Shown: piece by piece, positions 12,231 through 25,195 of the stretch
Position numbering within the stretch: the first letter of the stretch is position 1
Layout of the letters: each line of letters opens with the position of its first letter
Assembly: GCF_004010195.1 (NCBI RefSeq)
Contig: NC_057718.1
Location: forward strand, 54,472,749 to 54,536,748
Origin: Chiloscyllium plagiosum
Lineage: Eukaryota
DNA: 64,000 bases
Reading direction: 5' to 3'
The notes under the pieces: model-generated
What the model saw: the letters and a program-made list of their open reading frames with translations, nothing else
Told to the model about the DNA's origin: nothing
The model's database searches: none
Position numbers and translations under genes: made by a program

Positions 12231-13034
12231 TGAGACAGAGGGCAGAATATTCATCAATTACATTTTGTAAATATCGATGCTGACAATCAAGGATAGATGA
12301 ACTGTAATGGTCAAAGACTATTAATTTTCTTATTCAACCAAAAGGATAAAGTACTAAAAAGTGATTACTTTTCCATTTTGCCAAGTGTTAGCATCATGCA
12401 ATGCCAGATAAAATTTTATGTTTTGAAGCAGAACATGTTCTCTTCTCCACTCAATACCATACTTTAATTAATATCTTGGAAAAAAAATCACTGGAGTGTA
12501 TTCTTCGGATGCCCTTATGTTCTCTCTGACTGAAATAGTATATTCATATCTATTACAAACTTAGTGGATTTATAGTTACTTTGTTCAAACACATTTTATA
12601 AAATAAAAATTGCTTGTATTTAGACAATGTAGTAGCTTTTCAAGAAGAAATTTCTCAATCAAGTAATGAATTATTATTGGAAACCAGACACTGTTATGTC
12701 AGCAAATAAATAGTCATAGTACTCCAAAAGTACATTGGAACAGTCACTGGATTCATTGGAGGTTCTTAGACTAGCAGAGAACATTTACACTTCAGAAATA
12801 CTGCCTATATGCAAATATTGTTCAAACGCCTGAAACAGCATGCTAGTTAATTTGAAAGGATTTGAGTCACTTTAACTAGGAGTGGAATGATGCGCTTTGG
12901 AATACTGAAAAGCAACAATCTCATTTAAAGAAAACAACACACATACAGCATTTGCAATATTAAGATTTTAAATTAGCCTATCCAAAATTGCCAGCTTACT
13001 GTATTAGATGAAAGTATTAAGACTGAACAATTAC

Positions 13035-13170
13035 CATGTTGCAGAAGAACTCTTATACTTTGCAGTTTTCCATACTGAGCAGCAAGAAACAATGGTGTAA
13101 TTCCATAATCGTCCCTGGCTTCTTTATCAGCACCTTTTTCAAGCAAGAGCTTCAGTATTTCTAAGTGTTC
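13035..13170 (-). CDS. ASB3: ASB3 coding exon 4 (136 nt; [45 protein letters not shown])
   Basis: Ankyrin repeat matching ASB3; TTTTTTAG acceptor, GTAATT donor, phases consistent. Confidence 0.95.
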
Positions 13171-13719
13171 CTAAAAAACATTATAAGTTAAAGGCTGTAG
13201 ACATGATTCTTCTGAAGTTAACTATGATTAGGACTTGTACAAATGCATGTGAAATCTAGTTTAACAGCTCAGCGTAATCATTCAGTTAAATTACCAAGCA
13301 GTTATAAGCTCATGTAACTAAAAAGGGATTACCATTTTTCACTCAATGACAGTTATCCCTTCACCTTAAATTCTTGTCAAAGAACTATTTTAGGATGATA
13401 TCCGTCTCTGCCTAGACGTTAATTACACCTAAACTTCGATCACCCATCTTCCTCACATCAACCAGACAGGGCTGGCATTTACATGATCAACTTTCTAGCA
13501 GGATCACATCAGCAGAATGAACGAATTAACCTTTTCCCAAAAATTAAGCAAACAGTCAGATATAGTCACAAACAAAATGATTACCAACTTTAACATAACT
13601 GTTCACAGCATGTGAAACTTCAATATTAACAGACAAGGTTAAATGACAAATTTAATAATTACATGCGTGTGCATGTCCGCCTGCGCATGCATGTCAGGCC
13701 GAAACAGTGAGTGACTGTA

Positions 13720-14670
13720 AACATATTGAACTCGGATCTTCAGAATGCATTTGTTAAGGTCCAAAATCAAATTTTATTGCAGAAAGTAAAGGCTAATAGT
13801 ATAAGTGGCAACAAATTAGCATGAATTAATGATTACCCAGCTGACAGAAACCAGTCAGTACGCTCAATTGTGTTTTTATCTGATGAGCAGGATTTGATAA
13901 GTGGAGTCCTCCAGAGTTCTGTGCTGGAGCCTCAACTGTGCATAATTTACATCAATAACTTAGATGAAGAAAGTGAAGGAATGGTAACTAAATTTGCAGA
14001 AAACTGCAAAATAGATAGTAAAGTATGCTGTGAAGAAGAAACAAGGAAATTGCAGATAAGTAAGGATATGTAGACTGACTGGCAGAAAATCTGGCAGAAG
14101 GACCATGAAATGGGAAATGTGAAGATATACAATTTTGCTAGGAAGAATAACAAAGCAAAGCATTATTTAAATGGAGAATGACTGGAATTCCAAGGGAGGG
14201 AGGGATTTGGGCATTCTAGTACATAATATGTTAATATGCAGGTACAGTTTGTAATCCAAAAGGTCAACAGGATCCTCTCCAGAAATGAACCGAAAAGTAT
14301 GGAAGTTATGCTTCAATTTTACAAGGTATAGTTGAAACCACATCTCAAACACTCTGTGTGGTTTTGATTTCCTAGTAAAGGAAGGGTGTAAATGCACTGG
14401 AGGCAGTTTAGAGGAGGTGTACATTGAATCAATGCCAGGAATGAGTGAATTATCTCATGAGGATAGGATGAGCAGTTTGGGCTTATTTGCACTGGAGTTT
14501 AGAAGAGTGAGAGATGGCTTGATTAATATCTTGAATAGTCTTGATGTTCCACTTGGATGGAGTCCAGACTGGACGACACTACTGTAAAATTAGGCCTTTC
14601 AGCAACTTTTGAATCTCTGCCTCAGAAGGCGAGGGAAGTAGGGTCAATAAATAGTCTTACAACACAGGTG
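13720..14670 (+). mobile_element. Old CR1 LINE fragment
   Basis: SGVLQSSVLEPQLCIIYINNLDEE..KFAENCKI, an eroded RT motif. Confidence 0.75.
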
Positions 14671-14682
14671 GGCACACAGCCC

Positions 14683-17550
14683 TAGAGATGTACAGCACGG
14701 AAACAGACCCTTCAGTCCAACTTACACATGGCTGATGAGATTTCCTAAATGAACCTAATCCTGTTTGCCAGCATTTGGCCCATGTTCCACTAAACTCTTC
14801 CTATTCAGACATCCATCCAGATGCCTTTTAAATGTAATTGCACCAGACTCCACCACTTCCTCTGGCAGCTCATTCCATGCACGTACTACCCTTTTAAAAA
14901 TTTTCCCTCTCACCTTAAACCAATGCCCTCTAGTTTTGGACTCTCACACTTTGGGTAAAAGAACATGGCTCATCCTTTCCATTCCCCTAATGATTTTATA
15001 AACCTCTATAAGGTCCCCCCTCAGCCTCTGAATCTCCAGAAAAAATGCACCCTGTCTACTCAGCACCTCCCTATAGCTCAGACCTTCAAAGCCTGCCAAG
15101 ATCCTTGTAAATCTTTTTTGAACCCTTTCAAGTTTCACAACATCCTTCCTATAGTGGGATGACCAGAATTGCATGCAGTATTCCAATAGTGGTCTAACCA
15201 ACGTCCTGCACATGCTGCAACACGACCTCTCAACTGCTACACTCAATGCATTGACTAATTAAGACAAGCATACCAAATGCCTTCTTCACTATCCTGTCTA
15301 CCTATGACTCCACTTTCAAGGAACTACAAACCTGCACTCCAAGATCTCTCTGTTCAGCAACACTCCCCAGGACATTATCATTAAGTGTATAAGTCCGGTC
15401 CTGACTTGCCTTTCCAAAATGCAGCACCTCACATTTATCAAAACTAAACTCCCATCTGCCACTCCTTTGCCTGTTGGTCCATCTGATCAAGATCGCATTG
15501 TACTCTGAGTTAGCCTTCTCTGCTGTCGAGTACACCTTCAGTTTTGGTGTCATCTGCAAATGTACTAACCATCCCTCCTATGTTTGCATCCAAATCATTT
15601 ATATAAATGACAAAAAGCAGTGGATCAAGCACCAATTCTTGTAGAATGCTGCTGGTCTGAAAAGCAACCGTCCACCACCACCCTCTAAATTTTACCATCG
15701 AGCCAGTTTTGTATCCAAATGGCTAGTTCTCCCTGTATTCCATGTGAACTAACCTTGCTAACTAGTCTATCATGCAGAACCTTGTCGAACGCCTCACTGT
15801 AGCCCACGGAGATCACATCCACCTCTCTGTCCTCATCAATCCTGTTTGCTTCTTCTTTAAACCAACTCAATCAAGTTAGTGAGACACAGTTTCCCACCCA
15901 CAAAGCCATGTTTACCATCCTTAATCAATCCTAGTCTTTCCAAACATGTCAATCCTGTCCTTCAGAATTACCTCCAACAACTTACCAACGTCAGACTCAC
16001 CATCCTATAATTCCCTGGTTTTTCCTTACCATCTTTCTTAAATAGTGGCACCACATTAGCCAACCTCCAGTCTTCCTACACCTCATCAGTGCCTATCAAT
16101 GATACAAATATCTCAGCAAGGGACCCAGAAATCTATTCCCTAGCTTCACAGGATAGACATGAGCAGGTCTGGGTATTTATCCACCTGTATGCATTTTAAA
16201 ATGCCCAGCTTCTCCTCCACTGTAATGTGGACAGTTTTCAAGATGTCACTATTTATTTCCCAAGTTCTCCAGCTTCCATATCTTTCTTCACAGTAAACAC
16301 TGATGCAAAATACTTGCTTAGTATCGCTCCCACTTCCTGTGGTTCCACACATAGGTGGCCTTGCTGATCTTTGAGAGGCCCTATTCTCTCCTTAGTTACC
16401 ATTTTATCCTTAATGTATTTGTAGAATCCTTTTGGATTCTTCTTAACCCTCCTTAACATGTCCCATGTCCCCTTTTTGCCCTCCTGATTTCCCTTTAATG
16501 TATACTTCTATTCCATTTATACTCTTCTAGCTAACGTATGCTTCTTTCTTTTCCTTGACCAAAATCTCAATTTCACTCATCATTCAGCATTCCTCACACC
16601 TACCAGACTTGCCCTTCACCCAAACAGGAACATACTGTCTCTGGACTCTATCTCATTTTTGAAGGCTTCCCATTTTCCAATTGCCCCTTTATCTGCAAAC
16701 ATTCCTCCTCCCCTCCTATCCACCATCAACTTTTGAAAGTTCTTGCCTAAAACTGTCAAAATGGTCCTTCCTCCAATTTAACTTTTAGATCTGGTCTATC
16801 CTTCTCCATTATTATTTAAAAACTAATAGGATTATGGTCACTGGCCCCAAAGTCACCCCCACTGACACCTCAGTCACCTGCCTTGCCTTATTTTCCAAGA
16901 GTAGGTACAAAACTTTACCTTCTCTAGTAGGTACATTCACAAACTGAAATCAGAAAGTTTTCTTGGACACGCTTAAAAATTCCTCTCCACCTAAACCCTT
17001 AACACAATGGCAGTCCCAGTCTATGTTTGCAAAGTTAAAATCCCCAACCATAACCACCCTACTATTCTTACAGATAACTGAGATCTCCTTACAAATTTGT
17101 TTCTCAATTTCCCTCTGACTATTAGAGGATCTATAATACAATCCCAATAAGGTGATCATCCCTTTCTTATTTCTCAGTTCCACTCAAATAACTTCCCTGG
17201 ACATATTCCCAGAAATACCCTCTGTAAGTACAGCCGTAATGTTATCCCTATTCAAAAACACCAAGCCTCCTCCTCTCTTGCCCTCTCTTTTTATTGCATA
17301 TACCCTGGAACATTAAGCTGCCAACCCAGTCCATCCCTGAGCCACATCTCTATAATTGCTAAAATATCCAGTCCCATGTTACCAATCATGTCCTGAGTTC
17401 ATTTGCCTTACCTGTTAGGCCTCTTGCAATGAAATAAATGCAGTTTAATTACAAGTCCTACCCTGTTCTCTGCTTTGTTCCTGCCTGCCCGACCAGTCTC
17501 AGACTGATCTCTTTCCTCACTATCTCCCTGGATCCCAACCTCCACCCCCT
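14683..17550 (-). mobile_element. CR1 LINE, most of ORF2 (APE endonuclease + RT), inactivated
   Basis: Serial minus-strand ORFs: VVMVGDFNFANIDW, KKNPKGFYKYIK, AFDKVLH, FVIYINDLD..FADDTK, LERVQKRFTR. Confidence 0.92.
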
Positions 17551-17584
17551 CCCCCATTAGAATCTATAATGAATGTAGCAGTAC

Positions 17585-17697
17585 CTGATAAGCAGCCTGA
17601 TGCAGAACACTCCATAAACACGCAGAATGGGGCCCATTAATTCTTCCTCCATGCTTTAAAAGAGTCTTTGAAACAGCAATGTCACCTTTCTCAATCG
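17585..17697 (-). CDS. ASB3: ASB3 coding exon 3 (113 nt; AIEKGDIAVSKTLLKHGGRINGPHSACLWSVLHQAAYQ)
   Basis: Aligns to ASB3 [38 protein letters not shown]; AG at 17699-17698, GT at 17584-17583; phase 1 to 0. Confidence 0.9.
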
Positions 17698-18868
17698 CTT
17701 CAAATAGGCCAAGTTGGGACAAAAACAAAATCAAACTTTTGCTTCAACATAATACAATATAAAAGCATTTAAGCTTGTAGCAATATGAATACATAGAAGA
17801 TACACAGACTCATTTAAAGTCCTAGTTATATTGTACGAAAAATTAACCAGAAACTTAAATGATAACCAGTTGAGATATAATTCCAAGTAGAAACTGAAAA
17901 TTTTATATCTAGAATCCACATGATTGCTGCTTTGGATTTTGTGGGCTGATTCTTTTATAGCTGCAAGTAATTTTATTTCCATAATTCGGAGATACTTTCC
18001 TGTTTTAATTATTACACCGAGATCACCTTCCCTCAATCTGGTTCAAGTATGTACACCATTAGTGCATTTTTGTTGCTAATTGATTGCACAAGGGCAACAT
18101 ATTAATTCCCAGAATGTATTGAAAGTGTGTTTGATAGTTATCTAATGATCAATGATGTCCCTGTGGAAGAAAGATGTGCCTTTTTTATGAAATTCCATGC
18201 ACAACTGGGATCCTTAACCTTGGCTGTACAGTAATCAGGATCTCTGGACTAAGGTAAGCTGTGATGTGTCCTTACTGAGAGAAACTGTTTCTACTCTTAC
18301 GTAAATTTATCAGTAGCTTAGATACTGATACTATGTTGCTCTGACAGAACAGAAAAATTGACTAGAGACAAGCATGCAAACAGCTGGAATTCATCTTTAG
18401 AGAATTGTATTCAGTTATGTACAAGTGTCACTGTACTGAAGAGAGTAAGAGAGTAGTAGAGTAAGGATGAACTAGGAATGGATGAGACTAAGAAGAATGG
18501 CAGATTAAAAAAAGAAAGCAACCTCAAAGTGTATCTGTGGACATCATCAGGGTATCATTTATCAAAGTACTGACAACCAACAGCTCCCTTCTAAGCCTAC
18601 CCAAGTATTCCCAGCCTACCACCCAGTCATTTGGCTATTCACAAATGGAGCTTTACTGACCCCATGGCAAGACTTGTATTATCTCAAACAAAAAAACATC
18701 AAGCCCTGGTTTCTCTCCCTGTGATGGAAACATCTAACAATTTAAACTACTCGCCTTGCAGAAATTTTTAAACCCTGCAACTGCAAAAGTAAGTCTCAAT
18801 AATTAAAGACACTTCAAATTTCTTATGTGAAGATTATGAACCAAATATTCACGATTTTAGAACCTTAC

Positions 18869-19027
18869 CTAGAAAAAGTGGTGTTACGTTTTCATTTGTG
18901 ATGGCATTCGGATTTGCCCCAGCCTTTAGCAGAATCTGAACAATTTTTAAATGGCCACATTTTGCAGCAAGATGTAGAGCTGTTTCACCTTCAAAAGTCT
19001 TTAAATCTATGTACTGAGCAGAAGAAG
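18869..19027 (-). CDS. ASB3: ASB3 coding exon 2 (159 nt; [53 protein letters not shown])
   Basis: Within ORF 18849..19055; canonical ankyrin repeat; AG/GT boundaries in phase. Confidence 0.95.
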
Positions 19028-19499
19028 CTAGAGGAATACACACAAAAATTAGCAATTCTTATCCAAATGAAGATAGTTTCTTCAAATGCTTACATAATAT
19101 ACTCCAGTATCTCAGGCTCTATTGCCCTCTCCTTTGTTCTTATAATTTTGTGTTTTTCATTCACTGCTCCTCTGCTTCTTGCTGTCCCATACTGTCCAAT
19201 TTCACATCTCAGCAAACCAGAAGAACTCATGCAGTTGAGTACACAGATGACACACACTAGAAAAAGGTCAAGAGCCATTTACACTGGACTGACATAGAAA
19301 CAAACAGGCAAGATAAGCCAATCGTTCTGAAGGAATTTCAGAAATGGAAAAAGGAGAATAGGGTGGGAGGCATTCCGGACCTATTTAAATTTATCTTCCC
19401 CTGAACATGACAATAGGTAGCAAAACCTCACCACTGACTCTGATCTATTGCAATCTGAGTAGATTACTGTTCTTGAAAGTCATTCTTAAATGTTTATTA

Positions 19500-19930
19500 C
19501 CAAGTTTTTTTTAAAAATACTTCCTTCCCTTTATACCTGTCCAGTTGACTGCTACTTTGGTGGGGCATATGTCTGAAGGCAACATATGTTTCAGTTTCAG
19601 CATCTCTGAGCAGACCTCTGTCATTCCAAGTGATGTCCAAGATCTTACAGAGATAACCCTGGTGGGAGATGTCCAAATTACATGACACCTTTGATGTTCT
19701 TTTCAATGTCTTTCTGACAGTCATTAAAGTTGGTACGACAATAGACATGTGGATTCAGCTTCGTGGCCATGTTGATCATTTTGTGAGCTCACACCATGAT
19801 TGCTATAAGCTCAATTATGCCTTGCCCGTTTTTGTATGGATGTTAAGTAAGCAGACAAGGTTTCAAGCAGTCCAGCTTTGCAATATGACCGAGACAAATA
19901 CAGTGTCAAGCTGTCCTGACCCATCCAGAC
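19500..19930 (-). mobile_element. RTE-like LINE fragment
   Basis: ISHQGYLCKILDITWNDR resembles the RTE C-terminal FHQRCLRKILGITW.D motif. Confidence 0.5.
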
Positions 19931-20507
19931 TTATTGCCAACATTCATTAACCACCAACCTAATTCCCTATCATCCCATCATATCTTTTGGTTCCTCGACT
20001 TACCAATACTAATCACTGTCAGATTGCAGTGCAAGAGTCAAACAACAGATGAGATAGCTAAAACATCATCTTGGATTATTAGGCTAAATTCAATATATAT
20101 AAACCCCAAACTGGTTCACAGCTGTGCATAAAAATGGATATTGAGTCAATAAGGATAAGTTTAGAAGAGGTTATAGAATTGAGCAATTACGAAATTTTGA
20201 AATAAAGAATATGTTTCAAGATGACTGAAAGCACGACCAGTCAATTGCCTGGTTTGAAAGGAAGAGACAGGGGAAGAGGTGAAATGCACAGAAGGCTGCA
20301 GCCAGAGGAATAAAGCCTTTAGGAGTAGGGAAGGATGAAATTGCATAGTGTGTGAAAAGGCCACAATGATGGAGAAATTTGCAAACAAGAATTTTAAATG
20401 TTATTGTTGAGCACATTGAGAATGTAGGTCAGCAAAAATTGGAATAGACCACACTTAGTAAGATTTCAATCAAGTTAGAGAACAGTACCACTCTGGTGAA
20501 ATGTAAG

Positions 20508-23300
20508 GATAAGGGATAACATTACAGCTGTATTTAGGGAGGATATCCTGGGAATACGTCCAGGGACATTATTTGGTGGAAATGAGAAATAAGAAAGGGA
20601 TGATCACCTTTTTGGGATTGTATTATAGATTCCATCCCCCAACTCCCCAAAATAGTCAGTTGTAAATTGAGAAACAAATTTGTAAGGAGATCTCAATTAT
20701 CTGTAAAAATAACAAGGCTGTTATGGTAGGGGATTTTTAACTTTCCAACCATAGACTGGGACTGCCATAGCGTTAAGGACTTGAATGAAGAGGAATTTGT
20801 GAAGTGTGTACAAGAAAACTTTCTGATTTAGTATGTGGATACATCTACTGGAGAAGGTGCAAAACTTGACGTACTCTTGAGAAATAAGGCAAGGCAAGTG
20901 ACTGAGGTGTCAGTGGGGGAGCACTTTGAGACCAGTGACTATAATTCTATTAATTTTAAAATAGTGATGGAAAAGGATAGACCAAATTTACAAGTTAAAG
21001 TTCTCCAGCATCCACGGTCCTCACTTCCTACTACCGGAAGGTCAATTCTGACAATTTTAGACAAGAACTTTCAAAGGTTGACTGGGGGCAGATGTTCGCA
21101 AGTAATGGGACATCTGGAAAATGGGAAGCCTTCAGAAATGCGATAACGAGAGTCCAGAGACAGCATATTCCTGTTGGGGTTAAGGGTAAGGCTCGTAGGT
21201 GTAGGGAACACTGGATGATGAGAAAAATTGAAGTTTTGGTCAAGAATAAGAAAGAAGCAGATATCAGCTATAGACAGCAGAAATTGAGTGATTCCCTTGA
21301 AGATTATCAAGGTAGTAGGAGTATACTTAAAAAGGAAATTAGGAGGGCAAAAGGGGCACATGAGATAACTTTGGCAAATAATGTTAAGGAGAATCCAAAG
21401 AGATTCTACAAATACATTAAGGATAAAAGGATAACTGGGGAAGAACAGGACACCTTAAAGATGAACAAGGCTACCCATGTATGGAACCACAGGAAATAGG
21501 GGAGATACTAAACAAGTATTTTGCATCAGTGTTTACTGTGGAGATGGAAGCCAGAGAATTTGGGGAAATAAACAGCGACATCTTGAAAAGTGCCCATATT
21601 AGAGAGGAGGAGATGCTGGACATTTTAAAACACATAAAAGTGGATAAATCCCCCCCGGACCTGATCAGATGTATCCTAGAACACTGTGGGAAGCTAGGGA
21701 AGAGATTGCTGGGTCACTTGCTGAGATATTTATATCATTGATAGCCACAAATGAGGTGTAGAAAGACTGGAGGCAGGCTAATATTTAAGAAGGGTGGCAA
21801 TGATTAGCCTGGGAACTACAGAGAAACTTCGATTAGCTGGCATTCGATTATCTGAATTTTGGATTACCTGGCAAGAGTGCAAGGTCCCGATGCGCAGCTA
21901 AACTACGTTATCTGGTAATTGAATATCCGGAATTTGATTAATCGAACAAAGTACTCCCTGCCTGTGTCCTTCGGAATATAGAGGTTCCTCTGTATTGACT
22001 GGTGAGCCCGACAACAATGGTGGGCAATTGGTTAGAGGGAATCCTGAGGGGCAGGATTTACATGTATATGGAAAGACAAGGACTGATTTGGGATAGTCAA
22101 CAGGGCTTTGTGCATGGGAAATCATGTTTCACTGACTTAATTGAATTTTTTGAAGTAGTAACACAGAGTAATGATGAGGGCAGAGCAGTGGATATGATCT
22201 ATATAGACTTCAGCAAGGTGTTTGACAAGGTTCCATATGGTAGACTAGTTGGCAAAGATAGAGGGAGAACTACCCTTTTGGATACAGAACTGACTTGAAG
22301 GTAGAAGACAGAAAGTCTTTTCAGACTGGAGGCCTGCGACCAGTAGTGTGCCACAAGGATCAGTGCTGGGTCCATTGCTTTTCATCATTTACATAAATGA
22401 GTTGAATGTCAACATAGGAGGTGTAGTTGGTAAATTTGCAATTGCACTAAAATTGGAGCTGTAGTGGACAGCAAAGAAGATTACCTTAGAGTACAACGGG
22501 ATCTTGATCAGATGGACCAAGGAGTGATAGATGGGAGTTTAATTTAGATCAGAGCAGGACTTATACACTCAATGGTAAGGTCTTGGGGAGTGTTACTGAA
22601 CAAAGAGACCTAGGAGTGCAGGTTCAAAGTTCCTTCAAAATGGAGTCGCAGATATACAGGAGAGTGAAGACGGTGTTTGGTATGCTTGCATTTATTAGTC
22701 AGTGCATTTAGTACAGGAGATGGGAGGTCATGTTGCAGCAGTACAGGTCATTGGTTAGGCCACTACTGAAATACTGCACGCAATTCTGACCTCCCTGCTA
22801 CAGGAAGGATGTTGTGAAACTTGAAAGGGTTCAGAAAAGATTTACAAGGATGTGGCCAGGGTTGGAGAGTTAGACCTATAGGGAGAGGCTGAATAGGCCT
22901 GGGCTATTTTTCCTGGAGCATCAGGGACTGAAAGGTTTATAAAATCATGAATGGCATGGATAGGGTAAATAAACAAGGTCTTTTCCCCGGGATGGGGGAG
23001 TATAAAAGCAGACAACATAGGTTTAGGGTGAGAGGGAATAGATATAAAAGGGACCTAAGGAGCAACTTCTTCACGCAGAGAGTGGTGCGTGTATGGAATG
23101 AGCTGCCAGAGGAAGTGGTGGAGGTTGATACAATTACAACATTTATTAGGCATCTGGATGGGTATGTGAATGGGAAGGGTTGAGAGGATATGGGTCAGGT
23201 GCTGGCAAATGGAACTAGATGTATTTAGCATACCTGGTCGGCATGGACGATTTGGACAGAAGGGTCTATTTCCATGCTGTATATTTCTATGACTCTATGG
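20508..23300 (+). mobile_element. CR1 LINE ORF2 and 3' end, inactivated, with nested insertions
   Basis: ORFs with KENPKRFYKYIK, QGFVHGKSCFTDLIEFFE, YIDFSKVFDKVPYGRL, NFFTQRVVRVWNELP; CTATGACT-type tail near 23290. Confidence 0.92.
21819..21992. mobile_element. Tigger/pogo-like MITE inserted in CR1
   Basis: TA|CAGAGAAACTTC ... GAGGTTCCTCTG|TA; TA target duplication; internal TTCGATTATC-like subterminal repeats; interrupts the CR1 sequence GGGAACTA..GACTGGTGAGC. Confidence 0.8.
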
Positions 23301-23399
23301 TTGTAAAAGATATCAAAGCAATATTCAACTTATAACAACAGTTGTTTCGGTGACGGGAACAAGTCTTTTTCAACAATAACAGTAAGGTAACTGCAGTAC

Positions 23400-23595
23400 C
23401 TGCATGAATTAAGAGTCTCAAACATCTCAAAGATTTGTGAGTTGCAGCTTCATGGATTGGGCACCAACCACGGTTGTCTGCAATGTCAAGGCTATGACCT
23501 TTTTGAATCAAGGTTTTCAAAAGTTCTACATTTCCTTTTCTTGCAGCAAATCCAGCAGCTGAACAAGTATTAGAGTATGCCTCACTGAAGTCCAT
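23400..23595 (-). CDS. ASB3: ASB3 first coding exon (196 nt; [65 protein letters not shown])
   Basis: Matches the ASB3 N-terminus ([23 protein letters not shown]...DNRGWMPIHEAA). CAG acceptor just before the ATG implies an upstream non-coding exon; GT donor at 23399. Confidence 0.96.
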
Positions 23596-24559
23596 CCTGC
23601 GGGGTTGAATTATTAAAGCAAGAACATTAAATTGAGTTTAAAAAATGTTAAGTATCATCTCACATCTGCACATTCTATCATTAAAGTTGGTGCCTAAATA
23701 TTCAACAATGGTTGCAATTTGAGTAATAAACTGAAATGAAACAAAACGCGTTCATAAATTCAAAGGTCTCATGCATAATTATTAGAAAATGTGTTCAATA
23801 CCTTATTGCAAATTGAACATACATAAAGTGCCTCCACAGGATTAGAGGCTGAGTAATATCTCTGTAGAAAACCAAACTGCCATGACTATCTAATATTGAA
23901 GCTAAACATTATTTCCCCAATGTAGGTAAAATGTAAGTGTGAGAAAACAAGGAGATGAAATAAGCAGGTAAATTGAGGTAGCCAGGATTCTCTGTATATT
24001 GCTCAAACAGATGCGTGATTAGACAAATGAATCATATAAGTATCAATAACAGTTGGTAATTATATTCCAGAACTAATTTTCACCCACTCGCAATCAAAAG
24101 TATTAGTTAACATTACTAAAATAAAACTCTCCAAAAAGTCTCTGCTGATTACTGACCTGTATTGGAAACTGGTAAAAACAAACCATCAGAAGAGAATAAA
24201 GGCCCGGTTGATATACGAACTACAAACTGATGCACAAGAATTGATGGCGCCATTGCTAAGAACTCTGCCTTACTAAACAAATCCCAATTTCAAGCAAGAT
24301 TCCTCTGAACTTCATAGCATTAAAGTTTCTTCTGTCCAGAGACACTAAAGATTAATATAAAGAAAAGCTATTTATTTCCATTATCCTCACTCATTATAGC
24401 CGTGTTATAATTCTCTGCGTTTAAATATTTATTTTGTTTTCTTTCAAACAGATGCAATTACCTGTCTAAACCACTGTCTGTGGGAAATCATACCATGGAC
24501 TCCCCCACCCCGGGGAAAAGACCTTGTTTATTTACCCTATCCATGCGTGATGGTACCTT

Positions 24560-25195
24560 ACCTATAATGGATGTGTTCTGTCCTATTTCTCTTGCAGAGG
24601 GGTGTTGTCACAATGGTGTCAAAATGTCTCCCTCAGACAGGCAGTTGGTAAGCAGTTGAGTTCTCCTGAATGATTTTCTTGAAATAAGACAAAAAGAATC
24701 TTGAATGGGTAGGGTGAGGGCTCACACAAGGCCAGAAAGGCTTTTAGTTTTGCTTACAGTTAGTTCCTGCCGGCTGCTTGAGTTCTCTGTTGCTAACGTG
24801 AAGTCTTAGACTAAGACACTTTCTCTTAAAAATCAAACGGGAGTAATTATTTCTTTTTCTTCTCGACTGGAAACATGAGAATCATAACTGTTTTGCTGAA
24901 GTGCATTTTTGCCATGGGTGTGTTTTTGGAATGCTGTCTAAATGGGAATAGTTGATGATTAGTGGTTAAATAATATTATCTTATTAAGTATTTTAACAGA
25001 GTAAAGTTATGTCAATTCTTCTCTTAACTGTGTTGTAAGAATAAAGCATGTTTTGATTAAAGATTAGTGGTGGACAAATTTAATCAAATCTGGAACACAG
25101 ATCTTACACTTGCATAATAATAAATATAAAAGTTAGGGTCGAGGCTATCTCCACAATATACTTTGGAGGGGTCTAGTCTGGTCTGGTCCATAGCA
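24560..25195 (+). mobile_element. Probable solo LTR
   Basis: AATAAA at ~25040 and an LTR-like terminus GGTCTGGTCCATAGCA; 5' boundary and TSD not resolved. Confidence 0.4.
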
